Shown in pieces: positions 18,681 through 28,111 of a stretch of DNA of 53,077 nucleotides; the first letter of the stretch is position 1, and each line of letters starts with the position of its first letter. The position numbers were made by a program, and so were the translations under genes. The notes beneath the pieces were generated by a model. It was not told the DNA's origin. It searched no databases and saw only the letters and a program-made list of their open reading frames with translations. The DNA comes from Myxococcota bacterium (lineage in GTDB: Bacteria; Myxococcota_A; UBA796; CAJQPC01): the NCBI GenBank assembly GCA_036012755.1, contig DASCPX010000140.1, positions 1-53,077 on the forward strand, written 5' to 3'.

Positions 18681-19265
18681 ATGGCCGAACAGCGCCACCT
18701 CGAAGACGAACAGCAGGCCCACGACGAGCGGATCGACGAGGCCGTCGATCGCGTCGCCGAGGCGATCGGCGACCTCATGGAGTTCTGGAACTTCAAGAAC
18801 TCGATGGGCAAGGTCTGGGCTGTGCTCTACCTCTCCCGGTCGCCGCTGACGGCGGACGAGATCGGTCGACGCACCAGGTTGTCCAGCGGTTCGGTGAGCA
18901 TGACCTTGAACGAGCTCAGACTGTGGGGGGTCGTCGGGAGGAGTCGGGAGGCGCCGGGCAAGGGGCCCCGCAAGCGCAAGACCTATGTCGCCGAGACGGA
19001 CATCCTCGCGATGGTGACGCGGGTCTTCCGCCAGCGGGAGCTCGAGCGGGTGCGGCGCGTCGTTCGGGAGCTGGAAGCCGCTCAGGAGCTGTTGGAGGAG
19101 GCGCCGGAGGTTCCCACCAGCCGGCTGCGGAACCGCTTCGTGGTCACGCGTGTGAAGAAGCTCCTGGAGCTAGCGCGCCGAGGCGAGAGAATCGTAGAGC
19201 GCTTTGCCCAAGCTGGGGAGATGGACCTCTCCTCGATCCGCAACTGGCTCGGCCGCTCCCGGTAG
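18681..19265 (+). CDS. GbsR/MarR-family transcriptional regulator
   Basis: IGDLMEFWNFKNSMGKVWAVLYLS..PLTADEI...LSSGSVSMTLNELRLWGVV, RKRKTYVAETD. Confidence 0.88.
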   Translation: MAEQRHLEDEQQAHDERIDEAVDRVAEAIGDLMEFWNFKNSMGKVWAVLYLSRSPLTADEIGRRTRLSSGSVSMTLNELRLWGVVGRSREAPGKGPRKRKTYVAETDILAMVTRVFRQRELERVRRVVRELEAAQELLEEAPEVPTSRLRNRFVVTRVKKLLELARRGERIVERFAQAGEMDLSSIRNWLGRSR

Positions 19266-19317
19266 CCTGCTGGACGCGCAGGCAATAGCATTCCCTGCGT
19301 TTCACTTCGGAGCTCCG

Positions 19318-20091
19318 ATGCTGCCCATCCTGTTCGCCATCTCTTGCGGCGACCCCCCGACCCTCACCGTCGAGGTCGACGACATCTTCGGAGCCGACCT
19401 CGCTGACGCCCAGGTGAAGCGGGACGGCGTAGCAGAGTCCTGGAAGACCGGGGCCGACGGCACGGTCGCCATCCCCTTCGAGCCCGGCACCCTCGAGCTG
19501 ATGGTCGGAAAGGAAGGCTACATCCACGAGTTCGTCACGGTCGAGATCGTCGTCGAGGGCCCAGGCAAGGGCTCGCCTCCGCCGGTGAAGGTGGCGCTGC
19601 ACCATGAGGCTGGAGAGCCTGGCTTCTACGGCATCGGGCCGAAGGGCTATTCCCACCTCGGCGCCCAGCCGATCAATACCGTCGCCACGGAGATGAGCAC
19701 CTGGCACGGGCTGGAGCAGCACCCGGAGCAGTCCTTCGTGGCCAGCAAGGAGGGAGGTCTCTCCTTCCTGTTCAACAGCACGTTGCGCGCCGCGGAGCTC
19801 AAGCGGCAGGACCTCAAGCTCTCGCGGCTCGAGTACAAGGAGACGGCGCAGGTGACGGGCGTGCTGGGCGAGACCGAGGTCGAGCTCCACCTGTGGGTCG
19901 CCTCCGACGACATTCCCTACGAGATCAAGGGCACCCAGTCCCAGGACGACTACCTCATCGCCGTTCCGGGCGGCCTGGAATCAGGCAACTACGCCTTCCA
20001 CGCCCAGAGCATCCTTCACAGCACAGAGGCCGAGGCCCTCGCCAATCTGCCCAAGGAGATGCAGGTCGCGTTCCCCTTCGAGGTCAAGTAG
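19318..20091 (+). CDS. Lipoprotein, N-terminal Ig/carboxypeptidase-regulatory-like domain, function unknown
   Basis: GGAG SD, MLPILFAIS-C lipobox-like, KTGADGTV, VGKEGY. Confidence 0.65.
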   Translation: MLPILFAISCGDPPTLTVEVDDIFGADLADAQVKRDGVAESWKTGADGTVAIPFEPGTLELMVGKEGYIHEFVTVEIVVEGPGKGSPPPVKVALHHEAGEPGFYGIGPKGYSHLGAQPINTVATEMSTWHGLEQHPEQSFVASKEGGLSFLFNSTLRAAELKRQDLKLSRLEYKETAQVTGVLGETEVELHLWVASDDIPYEIKGTQSQDDYLIAVPGGLESGNYAFHAQSILHSTEAEALANLPKEMQVAFPFEVK

Positions 20092-20092
20092 C

Positions 20093-21013
20093 TCAGTAGC
20101 GCCAGAGCCAGAGCGAGTCCGCGCTGGTCGCGAGCCAGCGTGCCTTTTTGCTGAAGGCCATCTCGCGGACCGCCCCGGTGTGGCCCCCGACACGGTCGGG
20201 GTGGGCGCGGCCCACGATGTCGCCGTCGATGTTGCAGAAGGCGACGTCGCCCTCTCGGGTTCCGATGGCGACCATGCCGTTGTCGCTGACCGCCGCGGCG
20301 GTGACGTCGTAGACCATCACGGTGTTCGACTGTTTGTGGTTGCGCCAGATGGTGACGCCGCCCTCGGCCATGCCGAGCAGCACGCCCCCTCCGCCGAAGC
20401 GGAGCCGATGACGGGAGGGGATGCTCTTCTTCATCGGCTTTCCGAAGGACACGACGTCGAGTCCGTCCGTGCAGCAGCGCGCGGCGAGGAGCTTTCCGCC
20501 ACGGCCCGCGCCGACGGTGGTCTGCTGCGGGATCCTGGCGGTGCGGTGGCGGCTGAAGTCCTTCTCGATCAAGAGCGCCTTGCGTCCGTCGAGGGTGTCC
20601 CCGACCACAGCGAGGGCGCCCCTGCCGTCGGTGCGCGTGAACCAGGCCAGCTGGATGTCCGAGAGCAGCTCGCAGCGGATGCTCTTGATCCGGTCTCCAG
20701 TCGGCGCCAGCAGCGTCACCCCGCGCCCGCGCTCGACGACCACCACTCGCTTTCCGCTCGGCGACACCGAGATCAGCGCCGGGTCGTTGACGTGGGTGTC
20801 CAGCGTGCGTGTCCCGAAGACCGGGTCGATCTCGACGATCTCGCCCACTTCCGTGGCGCAGAGCAGCTTCGCGGTCTTGCCGATCCAGGTGATGGCGCGC
20901 GGCCTGTCGATCGGCGGACAGAGCACTGGCTCGAAAGCGCTCTTTTCGTGGAGGAAGTGGGCGTCCCGTTCTTTGGGCATGTCCTCTGCGGCGTCCTGCT
21001 TGGAAACTATCAC
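20093..21013 (-). CDS. WD40/beta-propeller-like protein
   Basis: VSPSGKRVVV, GHTGAVREMAFSKKARWLATSAD; GTGA overlap with exonuclease stop. Confidence 0.65.
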   Translation of the reverse strand: MIVSKQDAAEDMPKERDAHFLHEKSAFEPVLCPPIDRPRAITWIGKTAKLLCATEVGEIVEIDPVFGTRTLDTHVNDPALISVSPSGKRVVVVERGRGVTLLAPTGDRIKSIRCELLSDIQLAWFTRTDGRGALAVVGDTLDGRKALLIEKDFSRHRTARIPQQTTVGAGRGGKLLAARCCTDGLDVVSFGKPMKKSIPSRHRLRFGGGGVLLGMAEGGVTIWRNHKQSNTVMVYDVTAAAVSDNGMVAIGTREGDVAFCNIDGDIVGRAHPDRVGGHTGAVREMAFSKKARWLATSADSLWLWRY

Positions 21014-21591
21014 CCGCGACCTCGCTGGATCTCCAGCAATCTCTTGAGGATGAGGGCCTGGTAGCGAGCGTCGTAGTCGGCGCGGTGCTTCTGCCCCATG
21101 TCCTCGGCCGGCAATCCGAGGATCTCGGCGAGGATCTCCTTGTTGGAGTCCAGCCAGTGCAGGTCGAGCACACCCGCGGACAGCGCCTTGGTGTCCAGCG
21201 CCTTGTACCCGAAGGGGTTCTTCATGCCCTCCGCCTTGTAGACCCACGCCACGAAGGACCAGTCGAAGGGGGCGTTGTGCCCGACGAACACCGCCTCCGA
21301 GCCCTCGTCCCGGTTGGCCTCGACCCAGGCGGTCAGCCGCTCCATCGCCAGTCGCCGCAGCACGCCCTCGCGGCGTAGGAGCTCCAGGTCGAGCCCGTTG
21401 ACCGCCATGGCGCCCTCGTCCACATGGGGCGCCTCCGGGCGGATCTCGACGTAGAAATCATCGCCGAGCTCGAGCTCGCCGTCGCCGGCTTCGCGGACGA
21501 CGACCGCCCCCAGGCTGATCATGTCGTAGAGGGCTGGCACGGGTCCGCTGCACTCGATGTCGATGCAGAACCAGGTCGCGCGCGGCATCAT
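21010..21591 (-). CDS. DEDDh 3'-5' exonuclease
   Basis: CIDIECSGP, FVGHNAPFDW, KHRADYDA. Confidence 0.88.
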   Translation of the reverse strand: MMPRATWFCIDIECSGPVPALYDMISLGAVVVREAGDGELELGDDFYVEIRPEAPHVDEGAMAVNGLDLELLRREGVLRRLAMERLTAWVEANRDEGSEAVFVGHNAPFDWSFVAWVYKAEGMKNPFGYKALDTKALSAGVLDLHWLDSNKEILAEILGLPAEDMGQKHRADYDARYQALILKRLLEIQRGRG

Positions 21592-21673
21592 CACTCCCTG
21601 AGCGCTCGTGAAGTTGCCGGTCCGTCGGCCGGTCCACGTCACGGACGCGTGAACTTCTCCGGGAAAGTGAACC

Positions 21674-23851
21674 ATGTTCCTCCTCTTGTCCGCCCTGTCC
21701 TGTCGCAACAAGGAGCTCCCCGTCGACACCGGTGACCCTTGCGAGACCTTCACCTCCTACGCGGACAGCGACGGCGACGGCTTCGGCGACGGGGACAACC
21801 CGACGGAGGCATGCGAGCTTCCCAGCGGCAACGTCGAGGACAGCACGGACTGCGACGACGCCGACGCCGCCGTGCACCCTGGCGCCACAGAAGACGACTG
21901 CGCCGATCCGGTCGACTACAACTGCGACGGCTCGGTCGGGTACGCCGACGCGGACTCCGATGGCTACGCCGCGTGCGAGGAGTGCGACGACGACGACCCC
22001 GACATCAACCCCGGAGCTGCCGAGATCTGCGACGGCATCGACCAGGACTGCGACGGCGAGATCGACGACGGCGTGCTCGAGACCTTCTGGGCCGACGCTG
22101 ACTCCGACGGCTACGGCGACCCCGACGCGGGCACGGAGGCTTGTGAATCCCCCGACGGCTACGCCGACAACGGGGACGACTGCGACGACACCGACGCGAC
22201 CTCCTGGCCCGGCGCCGAAGAGATCTGCGACGAGGCCGACAACGACTGCGATGGCGACGTCGACGAGGACGTGACCATGACCTATTGGGCAGACCTCGAC
22301 GAGGACGGCTACGGCGACAGCGACGTCCCCACAGAGGCCTGCGACCTGCCCACCGGCTTCGCCGAGGTCGACGGGGACTGCGATGACGGCGAGGCCACCG
22401 TCTACCCGGGCGCCGAAGAGGTCGTGGCCGACGGCATCGACCAGGACTGCGACAGCGGGGACACCTGCTACACCGACGGTGACGGTGACGACTACGGCTC
22501 CGGCACGACCACCAGCACCGACCTCGACTGCGCGGACACGGGCGAGGCAGAGGTCGAGGACGACTGCGACGACGGCGACTCAGCCGTGAACCCCGACGCC
22601 GACGAGGTCTGCAACGAGATCGACGACGACTGCGACGGGGACATCGACGAGGACGACGCCATCGACGCGGACACCTGGTACGCCGACACCGACAGCGACG
22701 ACTACGGTGACGCCGCCAGCAGCACGACGGCCTGCTCGGAGCCCAGCGGCTACGTCAGCGACGCCACCGACTGCGACGACACGGACTCCGACACCTACCC
22801 CGGCGCCGACGAGTACTGCGACGGCCACGACGACGACTGTGACGGGGACATCGACGAGGACGACGCTGTCGACGCCAGCACCTTCTACGAGGACGCCGAC
22901 GGCGACAGCTACGGCAACCTCGCCTCCACCGCCACCGCCTGCTCGGCGCCCAGCGGCTACGTCAGCGACGACACGGACTGCGACGACACGGACAAGACCA
23001 TCAACCCCGCCGCCAGCGAGTCCTGCAACGGCGACGACGACGACTGCGATGGTGACGTCGACGAGGGCGTGCTCGGCACTGGCACCGACTGCCCCGCTGA
23101 CTCCTGCGCGACCATCCTCGCGGACGGCTCGACCGCAGATGGGACCTACGTGCTCGAGGACTCCAGCGGCTCGACCTACGACGTCCACTGCGACATGACC
23201 ACCGACTCCGGGGGCTGGACCCTGGTCGGCTCGGTGGTCAACGAGGCCCACGTCACCGGCAGCCACGACCGGAACTGGGACAGCTACGACGTGTGGACCG
23301 ACGACACGACCTTCGGCACCCTCGGCTCGCAGACGACAGCGGACTTCAAGTCGACCGCGTTCTCAGAGGTCGCCGGCGACGACATGATGGTGGAGACCGA
23401 CAGCTACGCCTTCGCCTTCTACAACGTGCTCGGGTCCACCGACTTCGGGGACTTCATGACCGGCGAGTACGACAGCAGCACCTGCTCAGAGGACTTCATC
23501 GCCAGCGGCGCGGACTGGTCTTCCGGGCTCACCACCGACCAGGAGGACGTCCTGGTGCTGGTCGTGCGCCCGAAGGACAGCAACTGCTCTTGCTTCCCGG
23601 GCTGCAACGAGAACGCCATCCTGGGCTTCCAGCTCTCCAGCTGTTGCTGGGCCAACGGCCTGGGCAACACGCCAAATGGCTACGCGAGCTGGGACATCTA
23701 CGACAACTCGCTGTTGACGACCAGCTACATCAGCAAGGGCACCTGCACCGCCGGCAGCTACCCCTGCAGTGACGCCGGGTACTACAACGCCAGCGGCACC
23801 GGCTACACCTACAGCAACAAGGTCACCTACGGCCTCGTGTATGTGAGGTGA
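21674..23851 (+). CDS. Lipoprotein with 7 MopE-type (putative metal-binding) Asp/Cys repeats and C-terminal fibrinogen/intelectin-like domain
   Basis: MFLLLSALS-C; repeats DCDD.D..NPGA.E.C.G.D.DCDG; DSCATIL..DGTY..VHCDMTTDSGGWTLV. Confidence 0.85.
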   Translation: MFLLLSALSCRNKELPVDTGDPCETFTSYADSDGDGFGDGDNPTEACELPSGNVEDSTDCDDADAAVHPGATEDDCADPVDYNCDGSVGYADADSDGYAACEECDDDDPDINPGAAEICDGIDQDCDGEIDDGVLETFWADADSDGYGDPDAGTEACESPDGYADNGDDCDDTDATSWPGAEEICDEADNDCDGDVDEDVTMTYWADLDEDGYGDSDVPTEACDLPTGFAEVDGDCDDGEATVYPGAEEVVADGIDQDCDSGDTCYTDGDGDDYGSGTTTSTDLDCADTGEAEVEDDCDDGDSAVNPDADEVCNEIDDDCDGDIDEDDAIDADTWYADTDSDDYGDAASSTTACSEPSGYVSDATDCDDTDSDTYPGADEYCDGHDDDCDGDIDEDDAVDASTFYEDADGDSYGNLASTATACSAPSGYVSDDTDCDDTDKTINPAASESCNGDDDDCDGDVDEGVLGTGTDCPADSCATILADGSTADGTYVLEDSSGSTYDVHCDMTTDSGGWTLVGSVVNEAHVTGSHDRNWDSYDVWTDDTTFGTLGSQTTADFKSTAFSEVAGDDMMVETDSYAFAFYNVLGSTDFGDFMTGEYDSSTCSEDFIASGADWSSGLTTDQEDVLVLVVRPKDSNCSCFPGCNENAILGFQLSSCCWANGLGNTPNGYASWDIYDNSLLTTSYISKGTCTAGSYPCSDAGYYNASGTGYTYSNKVTYGLVYVR

Positions 23852-23890
23852 CGGCCCTTTGCGAAAGATCGACGAACGTCGCGCGTATGA

Positions 23891-25066
23891 GTGGTGTCAA
23901 TGAGGATGCCCATGAAGCGCCCCATCTCCATCGCTGTCCTGGTCCTCGGCCTGTCCATCGCGGCGCTCGCTTTCGCTCAGCTCGTCGGGCTCGGCATCCT
24001 GCGCGAGGGCCCCGGTTGGGCGGTCGCCGTCGGGGCCGCCTGCGTCCTCGTGCTGCCGGTCGTGGCGATGTCCAGCTTCGGCAGGCACCGGATCGAGGGC
24101 ATCGCCGCGGGCTCGCTGGTCTGGCCGATCGCGCTGCTCGTGGGGCTGCCCGTGTGGTTCCCCGGCGAGCGCACCGAGTCCCTGGCTACCGGGTTCGGCC
24201 ACCTGGCCGCTCCCCTGGGACCCGAGAAGACCGAGTCCGCGGCCGCGGCGGGGACCGCCATCGGGGAGTTCATGGGCTCCGAGACCCTGGCCGGACGCCC
24301 GCCGCCGGTGGCGCTGGAGGCCGTCGAGGTCGAGGACGCCAGGCTCTCCGAGGCGGTGGCTCCCGAGCGCCGCATCGATCCGGACAACCTCGACGAGATC
24401 GCGCTGCCCTACGAGGGCCGCGGCCGCAGCCTGCGCATCCCGGTGGTCTTCGAGCAGGACGGAGTCGAACGAGAGCTCTGGATGCTCTACGACACCGGCG
24501 CCACCTACACGACCCTGACCCCCGCTGCCCTGGAGAGCCTTGGGCTGTCCATTCCCGACGACGCTCCGGTGATCACCGTCGCCACCGCTGGGGGCGAGCG
24601 CACGGCGCAGATCGTCCTGCTCGACACCGTCTGGCTGGGCGGCTTCCCGGTCGGGGGCGTCACGATCGCCGTCTGCGAGGAGTGCGGCGGCGACGAGGAG
24701 GCTGGCCTGTTGGGCCTGAACGTCTCGGGCCAGTTCACCGTCACCATCGACCCAGCCGTCCGAGAGCTGGTCCTGGAGCCCCTGCCGGGACCGCGCGACC
24801 GCCACCTCGACATCACCCACTGGCTGGAGATCGGCGCCACCGCCACCGGCTGGAGCGACGGTCGGGTCGAGGTCGAGGTCGAGGCCGAGAGCCAGACCGA
24901 CCGACCCATCGCCGACATCGACGTCTCCATCGAGTGCGCGCAGCAGCAGTTCACGGCCGAGATCGCGGAGCTGGCCCCCGGCGCTCATGCCACCTCCCGC
25001 GTGAGCCTCCCTCGCGGCACGAACTGCGAGACCTACAAGATCCGCCTGCAAGAGGCGTACTGGTAG
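23891..25066 (+). CDS. Membrane-anchored clan AA (retropepsin-like) aspartyl protease
   Basis: 3 N-terminal TM helices; MLYDTGATYTTL, TAGGER, GLLGLN. Exact start uncertain. Confidence 0.82.
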   Translation: MVSMRMPMKRPISIAVLVLGLSIAALAFAQLVGLGILREGPGWAVAVGAACVLVLPVVAMSSFGRHRIEGIAAGSLVWPIALLVGLPVWFPGERTESLATGFGHLAAPLGPEKTESAAAAGTAIGEFMGSETLAGRPPPVALEAVEVEDARLSEAVAPERRIDPDNLDEIALPYEGRGRSLRIPVVFEQDGVERELWMLYDTGATYTTLTPAALESLGLSIPDDAPVITVATAGGERTAQIVLLDTVWLGGFPVGGVTIAVCEECGGDEEAGLLGLNVSGQFTVTIDPAVRELVLEPLPGPRDRHLDITHWLEIGATATGWSDGRVEVEVEAESQTDRPIADIDVSIECAQQQFTAEIAELAPGAHATSRVSLPRGTNCETYKIRLQEAYW

Positions 25067-25067
25067 C

Positions 25068-25532
25068 TCAGATCTCCGCCGCGAACTCCGCCGTGGTCAA
25101 GACCCGCACATCGGTTCGGCGGAGGCCCTGGAAGTGGCGGGTGTTGTCCGTGATGACCACGACAGCCCCTGCGGCCAAGGCGACCTCGGCGATGTGCGCG
25201 TCGTAGACACGGCCCCCGGCGATCCTGTCCGACGCCGCGCGCTCCAGGAAGGGGAGCCGCTCGCCCTCGGACAGCCCGTGGATCTCGAAGCGTGCGACGA
25301 CGTTCTCTCGCACGACCCGAAGGGCATCGGCGGGACGGACGCGCAGCTCGGGTGGGAGCCGCGTGAGGACGGAGTAGAGCTCCAAGCAGCAATGCCACGC
25401 GGTCTGGGGACGCGCGACGCGGCCGTCGAGGACCGCTGCGAGGATGGTGTTGGCGGGCTCCGAGCTGGCTCCGAGGTCCACCGTCGCGGCCACCAGGACG
25501 CTCGTGTCGAAGAAGACCCCTTCGCCACTCAC
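25068..25532 (-). CDS. vapC: PIN-domain VapC-type toxin
   Basis: FFDTSVLVAA, ELYSVLTRLP, GGRVYDAHIA, ITDNTRHF; GTGA overlap with antitoxin stop (alternative ATG 25544). Confidence 0.88.
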   Translation of the reverse strand: MSGEGVFFDTSVLVAATVDLGASSEPANTILAAVLDGRVARPQTAWHCCLELYSVLTRLPPELRVRPADALRVVRENVVARFEIHGLSEGERLPFLERAASDRIAGGRVYDAHIAEVALAAGAVVVITDNTRHFQGLRRTDVRVLTTAEFAAEI

Positions 25533-25780
25533 TTCAGCGGCCATCGGTCCCGCTCCTCGCGGATCAACTCGGCGACGTCGACCCTTGGCGCTGTCGTCGA
25601 CGCGCGCACCCTCAGCCAGCCGTCCTCTTCGACGAGGTCGGGCTCGGGCACGCACGGCACGAGGTGCACACCTTCGTAGTCGACGCGAACCTCGAGCTCC
25701 GTCCCGGGCTGGAGCCTCGCCTGCCGGCGAGCCTCCACGGGAATGACCACGCGGCCTGCCTTGTCGATGGTAGTTCGCAT
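25529..25780 (-). CDS. AbrB/MazE-family antitoxin
   Basis: MRTTIDKAGRVVIPVEARRQARLQPGTELEV directly upstream of PIN gene. Confidence 0.88.
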   Translation of the reverse strand: MRTTIDKAGRVVIPVEARRQARLQPGTELEVRVDYEGVHLVPCVPEPDLVEEDGWLRVRASTTAPRVDVAELIREERDRWPLK

Positions 25781-26004
25781 GGCACAAACGTAGACTCCTC
25801 TGGTGGTGCGGTCAAGGACCGTCGAGGGGGCGGGACCGCTGCGCCGGGTCGCCTTGTCTCGGTCGGTCGAGCCGTAGCTGGGGTGCCAAGCGGACTTTGA
25901 CGCCGCCCTGACAACCTGTTGACAGCTGGACGCTGGACACTCGGGCCGCGCCTTCGACCGGGGGTGGGCTCCGGGGAGGCGCAGATGACATCCAGGAGAA
26001 CACA

Positions 26005-26058
26005 ATGTCGGCCCAGTCCGTGGACCTTCTCGGGACTATGGCGGCGAGGGCGGGCTGA
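26005..26058 (+). CDS. 17-aa small ORF (MSAQSVDLLGTMAARAG), coupled to next gene
   Basis: AGGAG SD before ATG 26005; TGATG stop/start overlap at 26056-26060. Confidence 0.35.
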   Translation: MSAQSVDLLGTMAARAG

Positions 26059-26351
26059 TGATCCTCACCGACACGCTGCACGCGGTCTGGGGGGACGCGC
26101 TCGGCGCCATGCGGTTAGCGAAGACCGCGCCGGTCAGCGACTGCGTGAGCCCCGTGGCAGAGTCCATGCTCTTCCCGGACTCCTTGTTCTGGCTGCCGGA
26201 CTACTGGCTCGACGCCGTCCATCGCCTGGACGAGCACGGGCACATCGAGGAGGGGACCTACTACGGGGCGTTTGGGATGATCGTCTACGAAGAGGGGCGG
26301 ATCTACGTCGTTCTCACGAACGGGACACGCGTCGAGATCATCCACTCGTGA
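26058..26351 (+). CDS. Hypothetical protein, 97 aa
   Basis: Protein-like composition and GC3-rich codons; no family recognised. Confidence 0.55.
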   Translation: MILTDTLHAVWGDALGAMRLAKTAPVSDCVSPVAESMLFPDSLFWLPDYWLDAVHRLDEHGHIEEGTYYGAFGMIVYEEGRIYVVLTNGTRVEIIHS

Positions 26352-26382
26352 GCGCTTCCGTCCTACACCCCGGAGGCGCCTG

Positions 26383-26640
26383 ATGGGTGCTTGGGTCCTC
26401 CTGGTCTCCTGGGTGGGCTGCCACCCCCGCGAGTGCGACGAGCGGGGCACGCACTGCCTCCTCGTCTGGGAAGACGAGGAGTGTCCCGACGAGCCGGACA
26501 CTCGGCGCTTCTACGCAACCAGCGGGTCGACGCGACGTCCCGACAATGTTCATGATGGCTCGGACAAGTGTTGCTACGAGGGCTGGGAGTGCCCCGCTCC
26601 CGGCGGGGACACCAGCGCGGACACCTTCACGACTCCATGA
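26383..26640 (+). CDS. Small Cys-rich putative lipoprotein
   Basis: GGAGG SD; MGAWVLLVSWVG-C followed by 6 more Cys. Confidence 0.55.
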   Translation: MGAWVLLVSWVGCHPRECDERGTHCLLVWEDEECPDEPDTRRFYATSGSTRRPDNVHDGSDKCCYEGWECPAPGGDTSADTFTTP

Positions 26641-26872
26641 TGCAACACAGACCCTGGCTCCTCAGACCCGTGGTGCGCTGCGAGCGTGGCTGTAGAGGCG
26701 CGCGGGTGGTGCCCGCGTGAGCTGGAGCTGGCTGGACCGTGGCCTCGACCTGGAGGCTCTTCAGGGCCCCCAGGATCGCCTCGAGGGCCCCGAGGGTCCT
26801 CCAAGCTCGGAATCAGGCCTGATCTGCCGCCCAGAGAGCGCACAAAGGCCAGCGAAAACGGCTTGTTAGAGG

Positions 26873-27627
26873 ATGGACATGAACACCTCTTCACAGTCGC
26901 TTCACCAGGCTCTCCTCGACGCCGTCCACGCCTCTCGCGCTCTCGACCACCGGATCGCTGTCCTGCTCATGGAGGCCAGACGCACGGCGATGTTCAAGGA
27001 CCTCGGCTTCGCCTCGCTGATCACCTACGCCCGCGAGGCGCTCGATATCGGCGGAAACAAGGTGAAGGTGCTGTTGCGCCTGGCCGAGAAGGCCCCCGCC
27101 CTTCCAGCTCTGGAGGCGGCGTTTTCCAGCGGGAGTCTGTCCTACACCAAGGCCGCGCGCCTGCTCCCGGTGGCCACCTCAGAGAACATCGACGAGTGGA
27201 TCGAGCGAGCCCGGAACATCTCCAACCGGGTCCTCGAGCAGTCGCCTTGCTCCGGGCCCAGACGGGGGTGGACAGCGATGACCTGGACGCCGGACGCCTG
27301 GTGGGCTTGATCATCCGCCGTGGGGCGATGGCGGTGGAGCAGCAAGCAGAGGAGCCTCCCACAGAGCCCATCTACAGAACCGTGGTCACTCGCTGCCCGG
27401 ACTGCGCGGCGGCCTCGAGCCCCGACTTCATGGTGATGGACCACGTGGCCACCCGGGCAGAGGACGACGGCGAGGTCCTCGACCTGACCGATGGCCCCGA
27501 CCGAGGCAAGCTCACCCGCCACGTCCCCGACCGGACCCGGCGGGCGGTCTTGGCTCGGGATGCCTACCGCTGCGTGTTCCCGGGGTGTGGCGGAGGCACC
27601 GCGACTCCGGGGCGCCGGTCCGAGTGA
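26873..27627 (+). pseudogene. DUF222/HNH endonuclease-like gene remnant
   Basis: LGFASLITYAREAL..LPALEAAFSSGSLSYTKA; frame change near 27240; second part RCPDC...RHVPDRTRRAVLARDAYRCVFPGC ends before the HNH motif. Confidence 0.75.
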
Positions 27628-27694
27628 ATCGGTGAATCAGTACCCGTCCTCGGGTGTGGCCTCCCACCAGCCCGGAGTGTCGCCGTCCGCGCGA

Positions 27695-28111
27695 TCAGGG
27701 TCCCTCGAGCGGGACCTCGACGAGGTTCGCGATCGAGCCGTCCTTCGCCGACTGGCTGTAGGCCTGGATCTTCCAGGCGCCGCCGCTGTTGCCCTCTGGC
27801 ACGTCGAACTCCACGCTCCATGTGCCGCCCTCTGAGCTGGTCAGGACGGCCTTCTGTCCGAGGAGCTCGTCGCCGGCGAGCAGCTTCACGGTGAAGCGAC
27901 CCTCGAAGACGCGTGACTGGCCCTTCACGAGCAGGGGACCCGGCGTCACCGGCGTGCCCGGCGCGGGGGTCTCGATGACGATGGCCGCGCTCGGGGGGGC
28001 CTCGGCGGCTCTCTCGGCGGGCGCCTCGGTGGGCGCCTCGGCGGCTCTCTCGGCGGGCGCCTCGGTCGGGACGGTCGGGGTCCCGCAGCTCAGGAGCACG
28101 CGGAAGATCAC
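27695..28111 (-). CDS. Lipoprotein with Gmad2-like immunoglobulin domain
   Basis: MIFRVLLS-C; IVIETPAPG..VKGQSRVFEG..SAKDGS; GTGA overlap. Confidence 0.7.
   Translation of the reverse strand: MIFRVLLSCGTPTVPTEAPAERAAEAPTEAPAERAAEAPPSAAIVIETPAPGTPVTPGPLLVKGQSRVFEGRFTVKLLAGDELLGQKAVLTSSEGGTWSVEFDVPEGNSGGAWKIQAYSQSAKDGSIANLVEVPLEGP
27999..28066. repeat. 36-bp-period tandem repeat encoding a TEAPAERAAEAP linker x2
   Basis: gcctcggcggctctctcggcgggcgcctcggt at 27999 and 28035. Confidence 0.85.
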
